A stretch of 32,000 bases of DNA from Candidatus Methanophagaceae archaeon (GTDB lineage Archaea; Halobacteriota; Syntropharchaeia; Alkanophagales; Methanospirareceae), in contig PQXB01000001.1 in assembly GCA_003194425.1 (NCBI GenBank), positions 30,001 through 62,000 of the forward strand, in the 5' to 3' direction. The notes under the pieces were generated by a model. The model did no database searches. It was not told where the DNA came from and saw only the letters and a list, made by a program, of their open reading frames with translations. Both the position numbers and the translations under genes were made by a program. Position 1 is the stretch's first letter. Each line of letters opens with the position of its first letter. This document shows positions 25,378 through 32,000 of the stretch, piece by piece.

Positions 25378-25400
25378 AACAGGGCAGGGAGGGGACGGAG

Positions 25401-25754
25401 ATGATTGGGATAATTGAAATAATCGTAGTAATTCTCTTGGCAGCGGGCGTTTTTTTTATGCTCACGGGCGCGATCGGGCTGCTGCGGTTCCCTGATTTTT
25501 ACACGCGGCTGCACGCCACTGGGAAGTGCGACACGCTTGGAGAAGTCCTTATAATTGCAGGGCTGCTGCTGCACCACTTCTTCGTTTACAGCTCGGTCCC
25601 GGGAGCGGAACTCTCGGTGAAACTCGTGCCTGTGAAGCTCCTGTTTTTGATTGTGTTCATTTTTCTCGCCAACCCGACGGCGACGCACGCGATAATGAAA
25701 GCGGCTTACAACACGGGCGAGAAGCCCTGGAAGGTGGGAGAGGAGCGGAAATGA
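25401..25754 (+). CDS. mnhG: Mrp/Mnh antiporter subunit G (MbhC-like)
   Basis: LTGAIGLLRFPDFYTRLHATGKCDTLG and ANPTATHAIMKAAY match MnhG/PhaG. Confidence 0.85.
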   Translation: MIGIIEIIVVILLAAGVFFMLTGAIGLLRFPDFYTRLHATGKCDTLGEVLIIAGLLLHHFFVYSSVPGAELSVKLVPVKLLFLIVFIFLANPTATHAIMKAAYNTGEKPWKVGEERK

Positions 25755-26437
25755 AGAAGGGGGAGAAGGTAGAGAAAGGGAAGAAGGGGGAGAAGGTAGA
25801 GAAGGGGAAGAAGGGGGAGAAGAGTAGAGGGGTGAGGGGTAAAGAAGGGAAGAGAGGAGGGGAGGGCGGAGGAGGGGAGAGAGAAGGGGTGGAGAGGAAA
25901 GGAGGGAAGGGGTTTGGGATATTTGTAACCTTTTGCGTGTTGTTTCTGTTCTGGCTGCTTCTCTCAGGGATTTTTGATGCTTTTCATGTCGGAGCGGGTG
26001 TAATTTGCAGTGTGATTGTCGCGTTGATTTCGCACGACCTCTTGGTGCGGGAGCGGGGGGAGAAGGTGCTCCTGAAGTCGTTTAGGTTCGTAATTTATCT
26101 CGGCTGGGAGTTGTGGCAGATTGCGTTGGCGAATTTTGATGTCGCTTACCGCGTTCTGCACCCGAGGATGCCGATTGACCCGCTGATAATTGAGTTTGAC
26201 ACTCCGCTGCGAAGCGACTTCGCGCTCGTTACGCTCGCCAATTCCATAACGCTAACTCCTGGAACGATAACCATTTCGGTGGAGCCGGAGAGGGGCAGGT
26301 TTTTGGTGCACGCGATTTCGAAGAAGCCTGCTGACGCGCTCACGGTGGAGAAGACGATGCAAAATAAAGTGGCGGATGTTTTTATGGTGGGAGGACAAGA
26401 AAAAGGAGGAGAATGGAAAAATGATATGGCAGCTTGA
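25751..26437 (+). CDS. mnhE: Mrp/Mnh antiporter subunit E (MbhA-like) with a repeat-rich N-terminal extension
   Basis: ATG 25751 overlaps the mnhG stop (ATGA). The conserved part is FWLLLSGIFD..., ANFDVAYRVLHP and VTLANSITLTPGTITISVE...FLVHAI. The first ~55 aa are K/G/E repeats. Confidence 0.8.
   Translation: MKKGEKVEKGKKGEKVEKGKKGEKSRGVRGKEGKRGGEGGGGEREGVERKGGKGFGIFVTFCVLFLFWLLLSGIFDAFHVGAGVICSVIVALISHDLLVRERGEKVLLKSFRFVIYLGWELWQIALANFDVAYRVLHPRMPIDPLIIEFDTPLRSDFALVTLANSITLTPGTITISVEPERGRFLVHAISKKPADALTVEKTMQNKVADVFMVGGQEKGGEWKNDMAA
25754..25834 (+). repeat. 27-nt tandem repeat x3 encoding (KKGEKVEKG)n at the mnhE 5' end
   Basis: aagaagggggagaaggtagagaaaggg, repeated. Purine-rich sequence continues to ~25912. 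Confidence 0.9.
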
Positions 26438-26663
26438 CATCGCACTGTTGTTCTTGATTGTAGTGGTTGCCGTTGCTGCGATAACTTTGAGGGACCTCTT
26501 GAGTGCGATTATGCTCTTGAGTGCTTACAGTTTTCTGATGGCGGTGGTCTGGGTCGAGATGCACTCGGTGGATGTGGCGTTTACCGAGGCTGCGGTCGGC
26601 GCTGGTGCAACTACCGCTTTTTTAATCGCGGCGTTGTCCAGGACGGTGAGGTGGGAAAAGTGA
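26421..26663 (+). CDS. DUF4040 / MbhD-like small membrane subunit (MrpA C-terminal or MnhB N-terminal related)
   Basis: 80 aa with 3 TM helices. MHSVDVAFTEAAVGAGATT matches the DUF4040 aPDVAlTEAaVG motif. I prefer ATG 26421 over the track start 26376. Confidence 0.7.
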   Translation: MIWQLDIALLFLIVVVAVAAITLRDLLSAIMLLSAYSFLMAVVWVEMHSVDVAFTEAAVGAGATTAFLIAALSRTVRWEK

Positions 26664-26682
26664 GAGAGGAGAAGGAGAAGAA

Positions 26683-27303
26683 ATGAAACAACTCTCGGCA
26701 GTGGCACTATTGTTTGTAATCTTTTTGGGTAGTCTTTTCGTTTATGTAGCAGAGGACATTCCTGCTTTTGGCGACCCGAATTCCGCTCCTAACAGGTATG
26801 TCAAGTTGTTCGAAATTGATGCTGCGGGGTTAGAGGGCGATTTAGAGCAGGGCGTTCTCCCTGCGAGTTTAGTGGATAATTTAGAGGATGAGATTGAAGA
26901 ACGCGGTTTTCCTCTTCCTTCTGGAGTTGCGAGGGTTTCGGGAAAGGGAGAGGGAGAAGGAGAGGGAGAAGGAGAGGGAGAGGGAGAGGAAGCGGAAGGC
27001 GCCTGGGAGGCGGTTATTGTCCCAGCGGAGACGGAGCAGCATTTCTACCCGAAGGAGCAGAAGTACTACTTTATCGAGAAGAGGGGGGAGAAGTTGTGGG
27101 TTTACCGCTACGCACCTGTCAAAAGGTATATGGAGGAGGGGCCTAATGAGACAAATGTACCGAATATGGTAACTTACATTCTCGCAGACTACAGGGGCTA
27201 CGACACGCTTGGGGAGACGACTGTCATTTTCACCGCCGGCGTTGCGGTTATGCTGTTATTGAGGAGGCGGGAGAAGAGACCGCGGGAGAAGCGACCGGAA
27301 TGA
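26683..27303 (+). CDS. MbhE-like membrane subunit (MnhB-related) with a large extra-membrane insertion
   Basis: N-terminal TM helix then FGDP, and C-terminal NMVTYILADYRGYDTLGETTVIFTAGVAVMLLL (the DYRGfDTLGE motif). About 100 aa in between have no counterpart that I recall. Confidence 0.7.
   Translation: MKQLSAVALLFVIFLGSLFVYVAEDIPAFGDPNSAPNRYVKLFEIDAAGLEGDLEQGVLPASLVDNLEDEIEERGFPLPSGVARVSGKGEGEGEGEGEGEGEEAEGAWEAVIVPAETEQHFYPKEQKYYFIEKRGEKLWVYRYAPVKRYMEEGPNETNVPNMVTYILADYRGYDTLGETTVIFTAGVAVMLLLRRREKRPREKRPE
26941..26996 (+). repeat. GGAGAR microsatellite encoding GKGEGEGEGEGEGEGEE
   Basis: Read directly from the sequence. Confidence 0.92.
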
Positions 27304-27908
27304 ATAAAAAAGAAAGTAGCAAAGGGGAAGAGAGTAGCAAAAGGGAAGCGAAGGGGGGGGATGTAATTATTGAAGTGGTTACGAGGCTGATGGTTCCTTT
27401 TATTCAGTTGTTCGCGTTGTATGTGATAATTCACGGAGCAGGCGGACCAGGAGGCGGATTTCAGGGTGGTGTCATCTTCGGCTCCTCTTTTATCCTGTAT
27501 GCCATCGCGTTTGGCATCGTCAAAGCGGGCAACAGGTTCTCGGAGTCTGCAAATACCGTCTTCTTCAGCACCGGCGTCTACATCTACGCAGGCGTGGGGC
27601 TGCTCTGCGTAATTCTCAGTTACGGCGCTGCCCAGTTCCTAAATTACGGCTTCATTCCGCTGACGCACCATTTTGAAGAGAACAGGGCTCTCGGAATGGA
27701 CCTCGTGGAAATCGGAATTGGGATAACTGTGATGGCTGTAATTACTTCAATTTTCTTTAACCTCGCCTGGAAGCGAGAAAACGAAGGAGGGAAAAAAGCA
27801 GGAGAAGGAGGAGGAGAAGGAGGAGGAGAAGGGAGAAGACAAGCGGAAGGAGGGGAAGGAAGAGAAAGAAGGGAAGGAAGAGAAAGAAGAGAGGAGGTGA
27901 GGGGATAA
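27300..27908 (+). CDS. mnhB: Mrp/Mnh antiporter subunit B (MbhF-like) with repeat-rich termini
   Basis: VTRLMVPFIQLFALYVIIHGAGGPGGGFQGGVIFGSSFIL matches the MnhB core. ATGA overlap with the upstream gene. N-terminal (ESSKGE)(ESSKRE) and a ~40-aa G/E/R C-terminal tail. Confidence 0.85.
   Translation: MNKKESSKGEESSKREAKGGDVIIEVVTRLMVPFIQLFALYVIIHGAGGPGGGFQGGVIFGSSFILYAIAFGIVKAGNRFSESANTVFFSTGVYIYAGVGLLCVILSYGAAQFLNYGFIPLTHHFEENRALGMDLVEIGIGITVMAVITSIFFNLAWKRENEGGKKAGEGGGEGGGEGRRQAEGGEGRERREGRERREEVRG
27781..27905 (+). repeat. Polypurine low-complexity repeats encoding the MnhB C-terminal tail (GGKKAGEGGGEGGGEGRRQAEGGEGRERREGRERREE)
   Basis: ggagaaggaggagga x2, then gggaaggaagagaaagaa x2. Confidence 0.88.
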
Positions 27909-27910
27909 AA

Positions 27911-28291
27911 ATGATGGAGTGGTTAGTTGAGGAGGTGTTTGCGAAATACAATTACTGGATTTCCATTGTGCTTATGCTCATCGGTTTCTATGCGATGATT
28001 GCGAAGGAGAACCTGGTAAAAAAAATTATCGGACTAAACATTTTTCAGACCGCGATATTCCTGTTCTACATCTCGCTTGGCGATATTGTTGGCGGGACCG
28101 AGCCGATTGTGGTCGAAGGGTTTGAGAGCATTTATGTGAACCCGCTGCCGCATGTGCTTATTCTGACCGCGATTGTTGTCGGGGTTGCTACGACCGCGGT
28201 CGCTCTTTCTCTGGTAATTTTGATGTACGAGAAGTACGGGACGATTGAAGAGCCGGAGATAATTGAGAAGGAGCGAGAAGGAGAGGCGTAG
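27911..28291 (+). CDS. mnhC: Mrp/Mnh antiporter subunit C (NuoK/MbhG-like)
   Basis: 3 TM helices. GLNIFQTAIFLFYISLG and NPLPHVLILTAIVVGVATTAVALSLVILMYEKYGT match the MnhC/NuoK family. Confidence 0.88.
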   Translation: MMEWLVEEVFAKYNYWISIVLMLIGFYAMIAKENLVKKIIGLNIFQTAIFLFYISLGDIVGGTEPIVVEGFESIYVNPLPHVLILTAIVVGVATTAVALSLVILMYEKYGTIEEPEIIEKEREGEA

Positions 28292-28343
28292 GGAGAGTTG
28301 AGGAGAGGAAAGAAATGAAGGGCGCTAAAATGTTGAAGGAGAA

Positions 28344-29120
28344 ATGCTTGAAGCACAGACAGTTAGCGTGGCGTTCTGCTTCTGCTGCCTGATTTACGCC
28401 TCTCTCTCGGACCTAAAGACGAGAACCGTAGGGAACTGGCTTTGGGTGTTTATGGCTGCGGTAGGTGTCCCGCTCGCTACTTGCGGCATTCTCACGCACG
28501 CCGCCCACACCGCCGTCCAACTAATCTTCTCCGTCCTCTCTACCTCGGTGTTAGCCTTTTTCTGCTTTAGACTGGGTCTCTTTGGTGGTGCGGACGCGAA
28601 GGCACTAATTTGCATTTCGTTGCTTATTCCAAGTCATTTCTCGAGAGGGGTAGGAGCAGTAGGAGCAATTTCCTGTCCGTTTGCAGTTACGACGCTTTTT
28701 AACGCTGCTCTTCTCTCTACCGCTGCTCCGCTCTCGGTCTTCTTTTATAATTTATTTCAAGAGAGAAAAATAGAAAATGTTAAATTAATGTTCGTTGGTT
28801 ACAAGGTCCCTGTCGGCGAGCTTGCGTGTAAAAAGTATGTAAGATTAGTTCATTCGTATGAGGAAGAGGTGGTGGGCGAGGGAGAAGGAGAAGACGAGGG
28901 GGAAGGAGAAGGAGAGAAGGTAGTAAAAAGATTTTCGTTTGGTGGTGTAGAGATTGACGAGGAGACGGTGAAGAGGTTAAAAGAGTACGCTGCGGAGGGT
29001 AAAATTGAAGACGAGGTCTGGGTGACGCCAGAATTACCGTTTATGCTTTTCATCACCGCTGGCTTTTTTATCTCGGTTGTGTGCGGTAATTTAATAATGC
29101 TTGTATTTTCTTTACCATAA
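28344..29120 (+). CDS. Archaeal type IV prepilin/preflagellin peptidase (A24 family; FlaK/PibD/EppA-like)
   Basis: Catalytic Asp motifs YASLSDLKTR and LFGGADAKAL, multiple TM helices, and a soluble insertion before the last helix as in FlaK. Contains a VGEGEGEDEGEGEGE repeat. Confidence 0.83.
   Translation: MLEAQTVSVAFCFCCLIYASLSDLKTRTVGNWLWVFMAAVGVPLATCGILTHAAHTAVQLIFSVLSTSVLAFFCFRLGLFGGADAKALICISLLIPSHFSRGVGAVGAISCPFAVTTLFNAALLSTAAPLSVFFYNLFQERKIENVKLMFVGYKVPVGELACKKYVRLVHSYEEEVVGEGEGEDEGEGEGEKVVKRFSFGGVEIDEETVKRLKEYAAEGKIEDEVWVTPELPFMLFITAGFFISVVCGNLIMLVFSLP
28875..28918 (+). repeat. GGAGAA-type microsatellite encoding GEGEGEDEGEGEGE in the peptidase soluble domain
   Basis: Read directly from the sequence. 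Confidence 0.88.
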
Positions 29121-29179
29121 AAAATAAAAAAGGGGAGGTTTTACACAAAGTTTTACACAAAGGAGAGTTTTACACCTCC

Positions 29180-29581
29180 CTAAACCAACCTCTTCCCCGC
29201 GTTCGGTCCGACGCTGACTGAAAAAACCTCTTCCACTTTTATCAGCCCTACACTCTTCGCCTCTAGTTTCAACTTCTTCTTCACCGCTGCCTTCTTCTCC
29301 TCAAAGACCGCTCCCGCTGTCTGGAATCCCAGAAAAGAGCCTTTTACTTGGTAGCCTTTCGAGCCCTTCCAAGCAGCAACTGCGACCTTCTTCGTCGCCT
29401 CCAAATTCGCCCTCGTCTTCCCCAAGAACACATCTCCGAACGCGAGCGTCTCCTCGTCCAGCACCGAAAATGTCAGCACTGGCACCACATTCAATCTTCC
29501 CTCGGCGTCCGCGGTCGCGACTGCTTTTTGTGCACCCCAGTCCCCAAACATCTCCACAACCTCCTTCGGCATCTTTACCAT
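29180..29581 (-). CDS. Pyridoxamine 5'-phosphate oxidase-like FMN-binding split-barrel protein
   Basis: 133 aa. VATADAEGRLNVVPV...FGDVFLGKTRANLEATKKVAVAAWKGSKGYQVKG resembles the PNPOx-like family pattern. Confidence 0.65.
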   Translation of the reverse strand: MVKMPKEVVEMFGDWGAQKAVATADAEGRLNVVPVLTFSVLDEETLAFGDVFLGKTRANLEATKKVAVAAWKGSKGYQVKGSFLGFQTAGAVFEEKKAAVKKKLKLEAKSVGLIKVEEVFSVSVGPNAGKRLV

Positions 29582-29675
29582 TTTTTTTTCTCCCTCCGTC
29601 TGCTTTGACTACGCTTTGACTACTACTTAACTACTTTTAAATGCGACCACAACTATAAAAACCTACACAACTAAA

Positions 29676-30605
29676 ATGTCAAGAATAAAAAAAATTTTGA
29701 GCCTTGCCCTTGCTGGAGTGGCGGTGGCGGTGGTGCTTTTGGCTGCACTCCACGCTTACTACTTCTTGCCGCCCGAGTCCGTTGAGTTGCTGCTGCCGTC
29801 TTCCGCTGGAGGCGGGGACAAAATCGCGATAATTGAGATTAACGGCGAGATTAAAGAAAGCAGTTTAGAGCAGGTTCAAAAACTTTTAGACCGAGCCGAG
29901 ACGGAAGACGAGATAAAAGCGGTCGTGCTCAGAATAAACAGCGGTGGCGGCGGTGCAGTGGCGTCGTGGAAAATGCACAACGCAGTGAAGCGGCTGAAGT
30001 CAAAGTCAAAGTCAAAGGCAGAGGCAGAGGCAAAGGCAAAGGCAAAGGCAAAGGCAAAGGCAAAGGCAAAGACAGAGAAGCCTGTTGTCGCGTTTATTTC
30101 GGATTTCGGGGCTTCGGGTGCGTATTTGGTCGCAGTTGCAGCGGACAAGATAATTGCAACGCCTGTCTCGACGGTAGGAAGCATCGGAGTGTTAATGGTT
30201 TTCCCTTTTGATGTCCCCGCAAACGCGTCCGAGAAAGCCAAGAACCTCTCCTCTCTCTCTACTGGCGAGTTCAAAGACATTTTTTCAGACTACCGGCTAA
30301 ACGAGCGGGAGCGGGAATATTTAAATGAGCGGTTGCAGAGTCTCTTAAAAGTGTTCTTGGAGTGCGTCGCCGAGGGCAGGGGAATGAGCGTTGAGGAGGT
30401 GTCAAAGGTGGCACACGGTGGCTGGTTTACTGGGGCGGAAGGGGTGGAGTTGGGGCTCGTAGACGAGACAGGGGACTTGCAGGACGCTGTGGAGGAGGCG
30501 GCAGAACTCGCAAATCTCTCTTTGGAGGACACTAAAGTCGTAACTTTAGGAGTCGTGGGCTCGCGAGTGAAAGAGAGAGACTACAAGGGAAAAGGAGAAT
30601 TTTAA
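29676..30605 (+). CDS. sppA: Signal peptide peptidase SppA (S49 family, 36K type)
   Basis: N-terminal TM anchor, IAIIEINGEI, AVVLRINSGGG, GASGAYLVAVAADKIIATPVSTVGSIGV (Ser nucleophile region), and EREYLNERLQ...F helical region. Confidence 0.88.
   Translation: MSRIKKILSLALAGVAVAVVLLAALHAYYFLPPESVELLLPSSAGGGDKIAIIEINGEIKESSLEQVQKLLDRAETEDEIKAVVLRINSGGGGAVASWKMHNAVKRLKSKSKSKAEAEAKAKAKAKAKAKAKTEKPVVAFISDFGASGAYLVAVAADKIIATPVSTVGSIGVLMVFPFDVPANASEKAKNLSSLSTGEFKDIFSDYRLNEREREYLNERLQSLLKVFLECVAEGRGMSVEEVSKVAHGGWFTGAEGVELGLVDETGDLQDAVEEAAELANLSLEDTKVVTLGVVGSRVKERDYKGKGEF
29997..30072 (+). repeat. Hexanucleotide arrays (aagtca)x3, (gaggca)x2, (aaggca)x7 encoding KSKSKSKAEAEAKAKAKAKAKAKAK in sppA
   Basis: Read directly from the sequence. 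Confidence 0.95.
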
Positions 30606-31252
30606 GGAGCGAACATTAAACTTATCTCTTCCACCTCCGGCGCCTTCGCAAAGATAGTTACGAGGTCGTGCGTTTGGATGACTGTGTTCCCTCTCGGCAG
30701 AATTACATCGCCGTTTCGCTCGATCGCAACTACAAGCCCGCCTTTTATCCGCAACTTCGAGAGCCTGCTCCCCACGACAGGCGACTCTGGAGAGACGACG
30801 ACTTCAAAAATCTCGGCTTTGCCACCGCTCACGGTGAGGTAATCTTTTATCTTAGGCCGCTTCACCGAGAAGTAGAGGTGGCTCGCGACGGTCATATCCG
30901 GGTTCTCGAAGAGGAAAATCTCCGCCTCCTTGAACATCTCCACGTGCTCCTCCTGATTCACGACCGCAACGATTTTCTTCGTGCCGAGTCCCTTCGCGGT
31001 CAGCGACATCATCAGGTTCGCAGCGTCGTCCGAGGTCGTGGCGATGAGTGCGTTCGCTCTGCTCGCTTCCGCCTCTTCCAAGATTGACTTCTGCGTTGCG
31101 TCGCCGAGAATCGTTAGAACATCGTATCTCGCAGCGATTTCGCGGCACCGCTTCTCGTCCTGGTCGATCACGACCACGTCGTTCTTGTCCTTCGTCGCGA
31201 TGTCCACCAGGTTTCGTCCGATTCCGCCCAACCCCACGATTATTAGATACAC
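30602..31252 (-). CDS. trkA: TrkA-type K+ transport regulatory protein (RCK: TrkA-N plus TrkA-C)
   Basis: IIVGLGGIGRNLV Rossmann motif, VVVIDQDE, and a C-terminal TrkA-C segment (VVGSRLSKLRI..VVAIERNGDVILPRGNTVIQTHDLVTIF). Confidence 0.87.
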   Translation of the reverse strand: MYLIIVGLGGIGRNLVDIATKDKNDVVVIDQDEKRCREIAARYDVLTILGDATQKSILEEAEASRANALIATTSDDAANLMMSLTAKGLGTKKIVAVVNQEEHVEMFKEAEIFLFENPDMTVASHLYFSVKRPKIKDYLTVSGGKAEIFEVVVSPESPVVGSRLSKLRIKGGLVVAIERNGDVILPRGNTVIQTHDLVTIFAKAPEVEEISLMFAP

Positions 31253-31959
31253 ACTGACAACCTCCTTATTGAAAGTCTCTCGTTCGCAAAATCCACATAT
31301 TCCGGCACGATCTCGAACCCGATAAAACGCCTGTTCGTTGCTTTGCAGGCGACGGCAGTCGTGCCAGAACCCGCGAACAAGTCCAAGACCAAATCGCCCT
31401 CGTCGCTCGAGAAGAGGATTAATTTACGCACGAGTTTTACGGGCAGTTTCGTCGCCGTCTTCTCCTTCCCCCGCCAGTACTCGCGATTCACGACCAAAAC
31501 ATCCTCGGGGTAGTGCTCGATTTTGTTGAACTTGTATTTTCGCGGGTTCTTGACCACGAGCAGAATGTGGTAGTGGCTGGTAACAAACTTCCTCTTCGTG
31601 AAGACGCCGAACTGGTATTTCCAGATTAAGTGGTTCAGGGTCTCAAAGCCGACCTTGTCCGCAGCGACCAAAATCTCCTTGAGGTTCGTCCAGCCCGAGA
31701 AGACGTAGAGGCTTCCTGTCTCTTTTAGCACCCTGCGTGCCTCTCTCATCCACTTAACCGTGAAATCAAGGTAGTCGGCTTTCGGGATTTCGTTGTAGCC
31801 CTCGAGCACCCGCTCGGCGGTTCGGTGGTAGTTAGGTCGTCGCCCCGCGAATTCAATGCCAAACGGTGGGTCGGTTACCACGAGGTCGACTGCGCCCTCG
31901 GGAACGCTCTTCGCCAGCACGAGTGCGTCGCCGCAGTAAATTTTGTCTACTTCAAGCAT
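31243..31959 (-). CDS. Beta-class DNA methyltransferase (N6-adenine/N4-cytosine; DPPF motif)
   Basis: VDLVVTDPPFG (motif IV) comes before DLFAGSGTTAVAC (motif I). 10-nt overlap with the trkA start. The frame stays open upstream to the window edge, so a longer N-terminus cannot be excluded, although MLEVDKIYCGDA looks like a normal MTase N-terminus. Confidence 0.85.
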   Translation of the reverse strand: MLEVDKIYCGDALVLAKSVPEGAVDLVVTDPPFGIEFAGRRPNYHRTAERVLEGYNEIPKADYLDFTVKWMREARRVLKETGSLYVFSGWTNLKEILVAADKVGFETLNHLIWKYQFGVFTKRKFVTSHYHILLVVKNPRKYKFNKIEHYPEDVLVVNREYWRGKEKTATKLPVKLVRKLILFSSDEGDLVLDLFAGSGTTAVACKATNRRFIGFEIVPEYVDFANERLSIRRLSVCI

Positions 31960-32000
31960 TTTAAAGATTCTCTTGTCGTCTGCAAGCCAGTAAAAATCGC

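Noticed and set aside
25526-25750. Upstream 75-codon extension of mnhE overlapping mnhG in another frame
   Set aside because: ATG 25751 forms an ATGA overlap with the mnhG stop. The upstream part has no MnhE similarity and lies fully within the well-supported mnhG frame.
12086-30072. The tandem repeat arrays as possible CRISPR loci
   Set aside because: Units are 6-27 nt and directly abutting, with no unique spacers. Most lie inside conserved ORFs and preserve the frame, and there are no cas genes.
5793-30072. Repeat tracts as archaeal bulge-helix-bulge introns or mini-inteins removed after transcription or translation
   Set aside because: No BHB-forming flanks and no intein splicing blocks (no Cys/Ser..HN boundaries) are present around the tracts. 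They are simple in-frame low-complexity codons.

Overview
Archaeal chromosomal window. The archaeal assignment rests on RNAP subunit A split into A'/A'', an unsplit B, Spt4/RpoE', eS24, eS31, eL30, TYW3, a small TRAM protein and an archaeal-type prepilin peptidase; I cannot place the lineage more precisely from sequence alone. The core is the conserved + strand cluster rpoH-rpoB-rpoA1-rpoA2-rpl30e-nusA-rps12-rps7 (11.7-23.9 kb), preceded by a CinA/PncC-like gene and tRNA-Lys(UUU). The minus strand carries rps27ae-rps24e, spt4-rpoE' and an intein-containing PEP synthase. Downstream is a 7-gene Mrp/Mbh-type membrane module (F, G, E, MbhD-like, MbhE-like, B, C) with no MrpA/MrpD-type subunit, then a prepilin peptidase, a PNPOx-like protein, SppA and TrkA. 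Accessory content: a VapBC pair, a decayed DUF2341 gene, two orphan beta-class DNA methyltransferases (one in a visibly AT-rich islet) and two ~535-aa LAGLIDADG inteins (PpsA, RpoA'). No CRISPR array, rRNA or transposase/integrase was seen, and no unannotated gap is large enough to hide a gene cassette. The most unusual signal is not a gene cluster. It is a pervasive set of short tandem repeats, purine-rich on the sense strand, inserted in frame into nearly every conserved gene here, including both inteins. Related repeats with unit lengths not divisible by 3 sit in the intra-operon spacers. One array is shared by two genes in two frames, and another runs through the rpoA1 stop codon. All orthologue comparisons are from memory, not computed.
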